DNA from: Patescibacteria group bacterium
Lineage (GTDB): Bacteria > Patescibacteriota > Minisyncoccia > Phycocordibacterales > Phycocordibacteraceae
Direction of reading: 5' to 3'
Length of the DNA stretch: 64,000 nt
Assembly: GCA_018970425.1 (NCBI GenBank)
Contig: JAGWWK010000001.1
Span: forward strand, 49,004 to 113,003
Part shown: positions 55,934 through 64,000 of the stretch, in pieces
Layout: each line of letters begins with the position of its first letter
Position numbering within the stretch: the first letter of the stretch is position 1
Notes under the pieces: model-generated
The model's input: only the letters and a program-made list of their open reading frames with translations
The model's database searches: none
What the model was told of the DNA's origin: nothing
Made by a program: the position numbers and the translations under genes

Positions 55934-57481
55934 CTAGATATTCAAAAGTTCTTTAACCCGCTGACGATCAACAGCCCAGAGGAACGTGCCAAGCCGCGGA
56001 CCAGTGTCTTGCCCTATGAGTAGCCTATATACGTCTTTAAAAAATGCCCGTTGCTCCTTTTTTAGGATTGCCTCATCTATGCCGGAGCGCTTCGGTATAT
56101 CGTAGACCAATACCTCAAGGTCACGGATAGACTCGCTGCCGGCATCACGAAGGGATTCGCGCAGTTTCAGAATTCTCGCTTTTTGCTCTTCTGACAGCGT
56201 GGTTGCATACGCGCTCTGCACTGACGCACAGAGCTCAACGCGCTCGTCGGGGTTGTACTTGGTGAGCCAGTTGCGTGCCAGTGAGAGGCGTCGCGAGACA
56301 CTCAGCACATCGTAGTTTAGATCCATTCCAGCAAGAAGATCCGCTAACTTAGTCGGCTGCCATTGCACAATCTGACCGAACCCCACTGCCTGGCGAAACG
56401 GGATCGGGTTTCCTGTATGGAGCGCGTCATACTCGTCGTACTGCCGGTAGATTTCGGTATCGAACGCAAGCTGAAACGCATGGTCGGGAGACCGCCTGAG
56501 GTAGAGCCAGGTAAGGAGTTCTGGCTCATAAATTTCAAGCAGCTCTAGTGGAGACACCGCATTTCCTTTTGAACCGGACATTTTAGCTCCGAGCCCCTGG
56601 AGACCGACAAACTTGTATTCAACAAATGTGGGAGCCGGGTACTTAAAAATGCGAGGTGCGATTGTAGACGCGACGTCGTAACTTCCGCCCGGAGATGCGT
56701 GATCATGCCCGCCAGGCTCAAATACAACTGATTCGTGCTTCCAACGCATCGGCCAATCCACCTTCCACGCAAGCTTTGCGATTCGCTCTTTAGAAAGGTC
56801 TACGGTGTCCGTCTTTCCAGTGTCGATACAGTAGTATGTGACGGTTGAAGCGCCGTCGTACGACTGAATCTTCGTGGTGTCTTTTCCCGTAAACCGCGAG
56901 TAGAGCGCGATCGGGTAGTACGTAGCGCGGAACTCACTCGGCTCGATACCCTTTTCTGACTTTCCTTTTTCAGTCATAAAAGAGAGGAGAATATCTGCGA
57001 TTACTTCCCGATTCTGTAGTGCGTGCGTAATTGCGGCATCATATGCTCCAGACTCGTACGCCTCTGTCTGATTGCGGTACTCTATGGGCATCGATAATTG
57101 CCGCATCGCCTCTTCAAATGGCGCCTCAAAATGCTGCGCGTATGAGGCGTGGCATCCAAACGGATCAGGAATCTTAGACAGCGGCTTGCCAATGTGCTCC
57201 GCAAACGACTCAGGCACGCCAGCTGGCACTTTTCTCAGCCGATCAAAGTTGTCCCAAGAAAATAGGAGTCGCGCTTTTTTTCCCTTCTCAGTTAACGCGC
57301 GGTACACCTCGTACGATGTACTGATGTCGCGAAAATTGCCGAAGTGTACTACCCCGGACGGACTGATCCCTGCGGCGCAGGTGTACTCTAACGCATCGGG
57401 ATGCGCGGTGATAATGACATCAGCAACGGCACTGCCCCAGTGAATTCCGTGAGGTACTTGGCTGAGATCAAATCGCGCCAT
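55934..57481 (-). CDS. lysK: Lysyl-tRNA synthetase, class I (archaeal type)
   Basis: GISPSGVVHFGNFRD (HIGH-type) and KMSGSKGN (KMSKS) motifs. Roughly 515-aa LysRS-I layout. Confidence 0.88.
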   Translation of the reverse strand: MARFDLSQVPHGIHWGSAVADVIITAHPDALEYTCAAGISPSGVVHFGNFRDISTSYEVYRALTEKGKKARLLFSWDNFDRLRKVPAGVPESFAEHIGKPLSKIPDPFGCHASYAQHFEAPFEEAMRQLSMPIEYRNQTEAYESGAYDAAITHALQNREVIADILLSFMTEKGKSEKGIEPSEFRATYYPIALYSRFTGKDTTKIQSYDGASTVTYYCIDTGKTDTVDLSKERIAKLAWKVDWPMRWKHESVVFEPGGHDHASPGGSYDVASTIAPRIFKYPAPTFVEYKFVGLQGLGAKMSGSKGNAVSPLELLEIYEPELLTWLYLRRSPDHAFQLAFDTEIYRQYDEYDALHTGNPIPFRQAVGFGQIVQWQPTKLADLLAGMDLNYDVLSVSRRLSLARNWLTKYNPDERVELCASVQSAYATTLSEEQKARILKLRESLRDAGSESIRDLEVLVYDIPKRSGIDEAILKKEQRAFFKDVYRLLIGQDTGPRLGTFLWAVDRQRVKELLNI

Positions 57482-57485
57482 GAGT

Positions 57486-57968
57486 TTAGGCGATATCGAC
57501 TATCGTGTACTCCTGCCTGCCGTTTGGTGTCGTAAAGGTAAACGTCTCCCCTTTTTTCTTATTCATGAGTGCCTCTCCCATGGGCGAGAGATGGCTTATT
57601 TTCTTTTCACGCATATCTGCCTCCTCACTCCCTACTATCGTGTAGGTATGGTCCGCCTTGTCACCCTTCTTGCGTATGGTCACCTTTGATCCGAAACCAA
57701 CAACGCCCTTCTTTTTTTCTGAAATGATGACCGCAGACTTTACTAGGCCCTCAAGGCGCCGAATGCGCTCCTCCGTAGCCGCCTGGAGCTCGCGCGCCGC
57801 ATGGTACTCGGCGTTCTCTGAGAGATCGCCGAGAGAGCGTGCGTATTCGAGAGACTCTGCAATTTCTTTTCGCGCCACCGTTATGAGCTCGTTGAGCTCG
57901 GTTTTGAGTTCATCAAATTTCTCCTGCGTCAGCATGTGATCAGACGCATCAGATTTTTTTTGTACCAT
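57486..57968 (-). CDS. greA: Transcription elongation factor GreA
   Basis: Coiled-coil N-terminal domain with the acidic tip GDLSENAEY, plus an FKBP-like C-terminal domain. Confidence 0.9.
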   Translation of the reverse strand: MVQKKSDASDHMLTQEKFDELKTELNELITVARKEIAESLEYARSLGDLSENAEYHAARELQAATEERIRRLEGLVKSAVIISEKKKGVVGFGSKVTIRKKGDKADHTYTIVGSEEADMREKKISHLSPMGEALMNKKKGETFTFTTPNGRQEYTIVDIA

Positions 57969-57998
57969 CGCGCTATTGTACCAAGTGTAGTATGCGGG

Positions 57999-59681
57999 TC
58001 AATCAGCGCGTAGCATCTGAGGACGGTGGACGGCAATCCACTCAAGGATGGCGCGCATCGCAGCCGGAGCGCCTTGCATAGTACCTGCCGGCGCGCGCTC
58101 GAGCACAACCGCAAACGCGAACTTAGGTGCATCAAACGGGAAAAAACCGATAATAAGGGAGTTTATAAATTCCTTTCGCACACCTGTTTCAGCTGTTCCT
58201 GTTTTGGCGGCTATCTCTGCACCTGAAATGATGAGAGCTTTCGCGGTGCCATCAGTTACCGCGTCGCGCATCCCCTCATTTACTACGCGAAGATACTCCG
58301 GGCGGAGTGAAATAGTTGTTGCTTCAGTAGGCGCATCTCGGAGAATGGTTGGCGTCAGGAGTGTACCGCCGTTCGCAAGAGCCGCGGTCGCGCGCAGGGA
58401 TTGTAGGAGCGTTACCTGCCAACCATACTGACCGATGGAAGTGTTGTACGTATCACCGACGCGCCATACATCTTCCCCAAACACATCTGCCTTCCACGCA
58501 GGCGTAGGGACAACGCCTGCGGGTTCATCCTCAAGTGGAAACCCTGTCTTCGAGCCGAAGCCAAACAGCGCCGCATATCGGTCGATGGCAGAAATACCGA
58601 GCCCACGATGCGATTCGAATCCACCACCGATGATATAAAAATAGACATCGGATGAAACGGCGATCGCGCGCCTCATATCAGTTGCGCCGTGAGCTCGCCA
58701 GTCTTTAAAAATTGTCGGCTTCGATGGATCGTAGGGATTAGGAATAACCAGCTTTCCCGTAGAGACATACGTAGTTTGCGGGGTAGCAACTCCCTCCTGA
58801 AGCGCCGCGAGCGCTAAGAACGGCTTTACGATTGATCCTGGGGTGTAGAGACCAGAAATAGCACGATCAACAAACGGGCCACGCGCATCTTGTAGATACG
58901 CGGCTATGATCTCGCGCGGCTCGCCGGCGGAGAGAACTTTTGGGTCGTACGATGGGTAGCTTGCGAGCGCGTACAGTTCACCAGTCTCGACATCCATAAT
59001 CGCCGCCGCTCCGCCCTTAAACGATGCGTCTACGCGATCTTTGATTGCGGAAAATACGGCGGATTGCAGTTCGGCGTCAATCGACAGGGCAAGGTCATCG
59101 CCTGGAATAGCAGGTCGAACGATTGCACCTGATGTGCTCTTTCCGGTCGCATCGAGTTCGTGAAGCATTGAACCGTTTTTCCCGCGTAATCGATCGTTGT
59201 ACAACGCTTCAACGCCACCGAGTCCGATCATCTCGTCTTGGAACCAAAAGCCCTTCGCATCCTTCTTAGGGTATGACACGTACCCTGTTACATGAGCCGC
59301 TGCCTCGCCTAGCACATACCTGCGCTCTACTTTCTCGCTTGAGGTTCCTACGTTCTCAACAAGCGGAGCACCGCTACGATCCGTTATAATTCCGCGATCC
59401 GCAAGAATCGTATGCGCCTCAAGGCGATTATCCAAGGCCCATGCTGCGTAGAAATCGTGACGCGCAACCGAAAGCATAAATGTCTGAATGAGGACAGCCG
59501 CAGCAAGCACAGTTGCTGCTGCGAGGACGGCCTTGTATACGCGTTTTGAGAGCGGTTTTTCAATGCGACCCTCAAGGTGCGCAGCATCAAACGCAGGCAG
59601 ATTAGCCGACTCAATGAGAATCTCGTCCGGCTCGACCGCTGAGTACTTTTTCGCCCTAAATGAAGGTAGGCCGCGACGCAT
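57999..59681 (-). CDS. mrdA: Elongasome transpeptidase PBP2 (MrdA)
   Basis: GSIVKPF (SxxK), SSD (SxN), KTGTA. Lies downstream of mreBCD. ATG at 59681 is 1 nt after the mreD stop. Confidence 0.85.
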   Translation of the reverse strand: MRRGLPSFRAKKYSAVEPDEILIESANLPAFDAAHLEGRIEKPLSKRVYKAVLAAATVLAAAVLIQTFMLSVARHDFYAAWALDNRLEAHTILADRGIITDRSGAPLVENVGTSSEKVERRYVLGEAAAHVTGYVSYPKKDAKGFWFQDEMIGLGGVEALYNDRLRGKNGSMLHELDATGKSTSGAIVRPAIPGDDLALSIDAELQSAVFSAIKDRVDASFKGGAAAIMDVETGELYALASYPSYDPKVLSAGEPREIIAAYLQDARGPFVDRAISGLYTPGSIVKPFLALAALQEGVATPQTTYVSTGKLVIPNPYDPSKPTIFKDWRAHGATDMRRAIAVSSDVYFYIIGGGFESHRGLGISAIDRYAALFGFGSKTGFPLEDEPAGVVPTPAWKADVFGEDVWRVGDTYNTSIGQYGWQVTLLQSLRATAALANGGTLLTPTILRDAPTEATTISLRPEYLRVVNEGMRDAVTDGTAKALIISGAEIAAKTGTAETGVRKEFINSLIIGFFPFDAPKFAFAVVLERAPAGTMQGAPAAMRAILEWIAVHRPQMLRAD

Positions 59682-59682
59682 G

Positions 59683-59931
59683 TCAGGTGAGAAGACGGGA
59701 CTGAATGGCCGCTGCGCCCACACTCATCGCGGTGCACAGCGCCGTGTAGACGATAGGGACCCCTCCCGCGGAAAATGGGGTGCCGAACGTCGCGTCGAGG
59801 AGTACCCCGCCGAGGATAGCAACGAGTGATCCGTACGGAAGACAAACGACATATACCGCAAGCAGCATACTTACCCAGGCGGGTACTACAAACACGGAAA
59901 CTATAAATGCCACGAACACGGCGTAGTTCAT
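59683..59931 (-). CDS. mreD: MreD-like small membrane protein (82 aa)
   Basis: Three hydrophobic helices. Position between mreC and pbp2. Confidence 0.5.
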   Translation of the reverse strand: MNYAVFVAFIVSVFVVPAWVSMLLAVYVVCLPYGSLVAILGGVLLDATFGTPFSAGGVPIVYTALCTAMSVGAAAIQSRLLT

Positions 59932-60668
59932 GGTGCTCGAACAAATGAAACAATACGGATTGCATTCGGCGCGATCGGGAGCGCGATGTACGCGACAGCT
60001 TCAGCATCGGTATCGCGACTCGCGACCAATGTCACAACGCCGAGCACCGCGTCAGTTCGCATATCGCGCACTATCGCACCCGCCTCTAGAACGAGGTCGC
60101 GCGGTACGCGCGCAGTGAACGATCCCCCACCGGTCCCCCGCGCGAGGATAATGCCCTGCTCCTCGCCAATGCGCACATCACGCTCAGAGCCGGGCGATGA
60201 AAAGAGCTGCACGAGAGCGGTCGAATCGCGTACTTCAGTTACCGTACCGAGGGCAAGCGTGTCAGCAAACACAGTGTCACCAATCATGACATCTCGCGCA
60301 TCAGATAGTGATACAAGTAACGTATCGTAGTGCGTGCGCGGCGGAGCCGCGATTACGCGTGCGGAGCCGGTAGCGTCCATGCGCCGGAGCCCGAGATCAC
60401 GCTGAAGACGCGAGTTTTCTACAAGTGCCGCCTCATAGAGCACGGTCTGATAGCGCGTGCGTAAAAGCTCGGTTTCGAGCGTATCGATCCGCTCAACAAG
60501 TGCGCTCCGAGGCATGAGCGCGTCGGCATTCGGTATCGCACCCATGAACCATCCCGCGACACTGCCAATGTCACTTCTAAAGAGTATGCCGAGCGCAATC
60601 ATACAAAACGCTACGCCGGCGAGAACCACCGGCGGGGGCAATTTAAAACGGCGTCGTGCTCTCATCAT
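59928..60668 (-). CDS. mreC: Rod shape-determining protein MreC
   Basis: N-terminal TM, coiled coil, beta-domain. Confidence 0.85.
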   Translation of the reverse strand: MMRARRRFKLPPPVVLAGVAFCMIALGILFRSDIGSVAGWFMGAIPNADALMPRSALVERIDTLETELLRTRYQTVLYEAALVENSRLQRDLGLRRMDATGSARVIAAPPRTHYDTLLVSLSDARDVMIGDTVFADTLALGTVTEVRDSTALVQLFSSPGSERDVRIGEEQGIILARGTGGGSFTARVPRDLVLEAGAIVRDMRTDAVLGVVTLVASRDTDAEAVAYIALPIAPNAIRIVSFVRAP

Positions 60669-61704
60669 CTTCTAGTAGCATACCGCGATGCTTCGCGAGA
60701 TCCTCAAGAACGATACCGGTGCCGCGTACCACGGTCGTGAGCGGATCATCAACAATATGTATCGGTACGCGAAGCTCTTCCGCCATCCGCTCAGGCAAGC
60801 CACGTAGGAGCGCTCCACCGCCCGTTACATACATGCCGAGACGCATTACATCGGCAACCACTTCAGGTGGCGCGGTCTCGAGCACCTCTTTGATCGCTTC
60901 AAGAATAGACTGGATTGACGCACCAATCGCCTCGCGCACATCGGTGTCAGTAACAACTATTTCACGCGGGAGACCAGTCACTAGATCGCGCCCGCGAATA
61001 GTGGCCTGGAGTGGTTGTGCGGGCTTTAGCGCGGTACCGACAGCAATCTTTACATCTTCTGCCGTTCGCTCGCCGATCAGGATTTTAAATTCACTGCGCA
61101 CATACCCGGCAATGTCTTGGTTCAGTGTATCGCCCGCGATGCGCAGATTCTTTGAGCGGACGATTCCTCCCATGGAGAGGAGCGCAATGTCTGTCGTCCC
61201 ACCACCGATGTCTACAATCATGGTACCGACCGGTTCACTAATCGGGAGCTTAGCGCCAAGAGCGGCGGCCATCGGCTCCTCAATAATGTGTACCTCCCGC
61301 GCGCCGGCATTGCGCGCAGCATCGCGCACCGCGCGTGTCTCAACGGTCGTCAGACCGCTTGGCACCCCAATAACCACACGCGGACCAAGTGGTGTTTTTT
61401 CGAGCTGCGCCTTCTGCATCAAGTACGCGAGCATTTCCTCAGTTACTTCAAAGTCTGATACTACACCCTCAACAAGGGGGCGAACCGCGGCAATGTGGCC
61501 AGGAGTTCGTCCGAGCATATCTTTCGCCTGCTGGCCGATTGCGACAACTTGTCCTGTTTTTTGATTCACCGCGACAACTGACGGCTCCGTTACCACTATG
61601 CCCTTTCCTTTTAGGTAGACAAGCGTGTTAGCCGTTCCGAGATCAATCCCAATATCGCGACTGAATCGTGCAGTGATTGATGACGGTAGAGTCAAAAGTG
61701 CCAT
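60643..61704 (-). CDS. mreB: Rod shape-determining protein MreB
   Basis: IGIDLGTANTLVY, DIGGGTTDIALL. Confidence 0.95.
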   Translation of the reverse strand: MALLTLPSSITARFSRDIGIDLGTANTLVYLKGKGIVVTEPSVVAVNQKTGQVVAIGQQAKDMLGRTPGHIAAVRPLVEGVVSDFEVTEEMLAYLMQKAQLEKTPLGPRVVIGVPSGLTTVETRAVRDAARNAGAREVHIIEEPMAAALGAKLPISEPVGTMIVDIGGGTTDIALLSMGGIVRSKNLRIAGDTLNQDIAGYVRSEFKILIGERTAEDVKIAVGTALKPAQPLQATIRGRDLVTGLPREIVVTDTDVREAIGASIQSILEAIKEVLETAPPEVVADVMRLGMYVTGGGALLRGLPERMAEELRVPIHIVDDPLTTVVRGTGIVLEDLAKHRGMLLEDDESTTPF

Positions 61705-62939
61705 GCACCTTTCAGTATCGCATCGCGCGAGACTTTCGTCACGGTACCGTCCTTGCGCCGTACGACTTCTATACTGTCGGGCGTTGACTGCTTGCCAATA
61801 ACAATGCGGAATGGAATTCCGATGAGATCTGAATCGGCAAACTTCTCACCCGCGCGGAGATCTCTGTCATCGTAGAGCACATCCGTACCCGCGCGCAGAA
61901 GGTCGCTGTAGAGCGCCTCTACAAACTCTTTCTTATCTGAATCGGATCCGGATAGATCTACGAGATGCACTGCAAACGGAGCAACGCTCTCTGGCCAGAC
62001 GATTCCGGCGGCATCCGCATGCTTTTCAACTATGACGCCCATCGTGCGCGTCGTTCCAAAACCAAAACATCCGACAATCGGGTACTGCGCCTCGCCGTGC
62101 GCGTCAGTAAAGGTAAAGTCGAACGCTTTCGGGTACTTCTGTCCAAGATCGAACACATTTCCAACTTCTGAGGCGCGTGCCTTCTTGAGCGTGCTCTGGC
62201 CGCATTTTGTACAAAGATCACCTTCAGCCTCAGATGAAACCTCGACATTGGCGCAGTGAGAGCAAGTATCGCAGTACACGATGTCGTCTTCTCCCGCGTC
62301 AGTAAGGACCATGAACTCATACGACAACTTTTCGCTAAAGCTGCCGCCAGACGCTTCCGTGGCCTTGGCGATGAGTCCGCACTCGCTAAAGGCGCGGAAG
62401 TACGCCTCTTGTACCACACGGTAGTATCGATCAAAGTCTTCCTGTGTTGCGTGAAAGCTGTATAAATCTTTCATCCCGAACTCGCGACCGCGCATAATGC
62501 CGCTTTTCGCGCGGAGCTCGTCACGGTACTTCTGGCCGATTTGATAAATCGCGAGTGGGAGGTCTTTGTACGAGAGCGCATACTCTTTTGCGATCGGCGT
62601 GGCTATCTCCTCTTCACTTTGTCCGAGCGCATACTCCTTTTCCGTACGGCTCATAATTTTAAATAGTACGTCTACCCCGTCCCACGCGCCGGTCTGCTTC
62701 CACGGCTCGGACGGGTGCAGTGTTGCGAAGCGATTTTCCTGGGCGCCGATCGCGTTCATTTCACGGCGGATTATGCCTTCAATCTTTGAAAGCACGCGTA
62801 CGCCGAGCGGGAGGTAGGAGTACACTCCCGCCATTTCCTTGTGGACGAATCCGGCGCGTATGAGGAGCTGAGCATTTTTAGACACCTCATCCGCGGGTGC
62901 TTCTTTTCTCGTTTTTGTGAATAGGTGTGATTGCCGCAT
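61692..62939 (-). CDS. proS: Prolyl-tRNA synthetase, short form without an INS editing domain
   Basis: MRQSHLFTKTRKEAPADEVSKNAQLLIRAGF... class II core. About 415 aa. Confidence 0.88.
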   Translation of the reverse strand: MRQSHLFTKTRKEAPADEVSKNAQLLIRAGFVHKEMAGVYSYLPLGVRVLSKIEGIIRREMNAIGAQENRFATLHPSEPWKQTGAWDGVDVLFKIMSRTEKEYALGQSEEEIATPIAKEYALSYKDLPLAIYQIGQKYRDELRAKSGIMRGREFGMKDLYSFHATQEDFDRYYRVVQEAYFRAFSECGLIAKATEASGGSFSEKLSYEFMVLTDAGEDDIVYCDTCSHCANVEVSSEAEGDLCTKCGQSTLKKARASEVGNVFDLGQKYPKAFDFTFTDAHGEAQYPIVGCFGFGTTRTMGVIVEKHADAAGIVWPESVAPFAVHLVDLSGSDSDKKEFVEALYSDLLRAGTDVLYDDRDLRAGEKFADSDLIGIPFRIVIGKQSTPDSIEVVRRKDGTVTKVSRDAILKGAWHF

Positions 62940-62983
62940 GTATCAAAGTATACGGTGAAACGCGGCCCCACGGAAGCAGGAGT

Positions 62984-64000
62984 TTACGAGCCGAGTACGC
63001 GAAGTATGTCGTTCCAGGTCACCACCACCATAAGAACGATGAGGATGCTGAACCCGAGCGCATTCAACAGCTGAGCAGTCTCTGTGCGCACCTCCCGGCC
63101 GCGCGCCGCCTCGTATCCGATCACCGCGAGTCGTCCTCCGTCGAGCGCAGGAAACGGTAGTAAATTGAGGATGCCGAGATTGAGCGATATGAGCGCCATA
63201 AACGCAAGCACCTGCCCAACGCCAAACTGAAGCGCTGTACCGGTCATCGACGCAATGCCAACGGGCCCGGCAACGCTCTCGAGCGATGCACTGCCGACAA
63301 ACGCTCCGTACACGAGAGAGCCGAAGCCCACAACTATCGCGCCCATGCTTGAGAGTGTTGCCTCCGCAGCGCGTACGAGTGCGGTGAGGGGGTCATACGC
63401 AACGAGCCCAAGACGCACGGTCATAACGCCGATAGCCGGTAGCTCTGGCTCATCTTGGACTATGCCGGTTTCTGGCGTTAGCGCATACGTATACGGCATC
63501 CCATCGCGCACTCCGGTAAGCTCAATTGGAGCACCGCGCATCACCGCGTCGGAAAGATCTGTCGGTCGCTCAAGGGGAACTGTAAAGCCGCCCTGCGTAA
63601 CCGACTGAAGCGTGTCACCCGCGCGCACACCCGCGAGCGCCGCAGGGCTTCCCGGAAGCACCGCGGTCACCACAATCGCAGGATTTGTAACTCCATGCGG
63701 CGGCGCTTCAGATTCCGGAGTCGGAATGCCGACCATAAACGCAATCCAAAACGCTATGAACGCGATGACAATGTTCGCGGCAGGGCCCGCGACAATCACA
63801 CCGGCCTGTGCGAGCTTTGACTTCTGTCGGAATGCGCTCGGATGCGTAGCATCACCGTCCTCGCCCTCAATACGCACGAATCCTCCGAACAAAAATGCGT
63901 TCACCGAGTACTCAGTTCGTCCGATGACCGTGCTCCAAAGTTTAGGAGGAAATCCTATTCCGAATTCCGGAACACTCATGCCGGCCCGCTTTGCCGCGAG
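62984..64000 (-). CDS. rseP: RseP-family site-2 zinc metalloprotease (N-terminus beyond window end)
   Basis: The reverse complement of the window end reads ...LAAKRAGM, the tail of the HExxH helix. PDZ region and C-terminal TM follow. Confidence 0.85.
   Translation of the reverse strand, partial: LAAKRAGMSVPEFGIGFPPKLWSTVIGRTEYSVNAFLFGGFVRIEGEDGDATHPSAFRQKSKLAQAGVIVAGPAANIVIAFIAFWIAFMVGIPTPESEAPPHGVTNPAIVVTAVLPGSPAALAGVRAGDTLQSVTQGGFTVPLERPTDLSDAVMRGAPIELTGVRDGMPYTYALTPETGIVQDEPELPAIGVMTVRLGLVAYDPLTALVRAAEATLSSMGAIVVGFGSLVYGAFVGSASLESVAGPVGIASMTGTALQFGVGQVLAFMALISLNLGILNLLPFPALDGGRLAVIGYEAARGREVRTETAQLLNALGFSILIVLMVVVTWNDILRVLGS

Noticed and set aside
60656-61564. 302-aa plus-strand ORF inside mreB
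   Set aside because: Antisense to mreB with Ser/Arg/Ala/Thr-rich junk composition.
1-64000. CRISPR arrays, rRNA genes, IS elements/transposases, integrases, toxin-antitoxin pairs
   Set aside because: Scanned for short regularly spaced repeats, rRNA-like conserved stretches, and DDE/tyrosine-recombinase motifs in all ORFs. None found. The only repeat noted is the 58-bp pair near rmuC.

Overview
This is a 64-kb GC-rich bacterial chromosomal segment, almost entirely coding, with very short or overlapping gene junctions. The gene content suggests a reduced-genome lineage, possibly a Patescibacteria/CPR-like bacterium, but that is inference. The evidence: an archaeal-type class I LysRS, an archaeal/eukaryotic-type AspRS, truncated AlaRS and ProRS, a ribosomal protein L36 lacking its zinc ligands, and many leaderless genes.

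Recognisable housekeeping content:
- the 3' end of leuS, then mltG and mnmA
- ung, an M13 peptidase and alaS
- a ribosomal/RNAP block: infA-rpmJ-rpsM-rpsK-rpsD-rpoA-rplQ-rplM-rpsI
- grpE-dnaK-dnaJ
- trpS, aspS, pepN, scpA and scpB
- the dcw genes split in two: dacA-like-mraY-ftsW-murG-gltX-M23 peptidase on the plus strand, and mraZ-rsmH-ftsL-ftsI-murF on the minus strand, with MraZ-box repeats in the promoter
- rpmA, rplI, ctpA, corA, dnaB, recR and rplU
- rmuC, a GatB/YqeY gene and tRNA-Glu(CUC)
- class-I lysS, greA, pbp2-mreD-mreC-mreB, proS, and the 3' part of rseP running off the window

Candidate novel or accessory content:
1. A two-gene nuclease module, ATP-cone+Mrr-like endonuclease followed by a Cas4-like PD-(D/E)xK Fe-S nuclease (5233-6894).
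2. A sigma-70 region 4 + HARE-HTH fusion protein next to a large membrane protein (796-3109).
3. An operon linking a PlsC acyltransferase, an acyl-ACP-reductase (AAR)-family protein, a 7TM sensor kinase and two micropeptides (21671-25891).
4. Two AT-punctuated islets of small membrane or secreted proteins (38.9-41.1 kb and 47.6-50.3 kb).
5. A 58-bp direct repeat that copies part of the rmuC coding region into a neighbouring intergenic spacer.

There is also a pervasive promoter architecture in which a TAnnnT -10 hexamer sits exactly 6 nt upstream of the ATG. No CRISPR array, rRNA or transposase was seen. All calls rest on reading the translated ORFs and the raw sequence; no database search was run.
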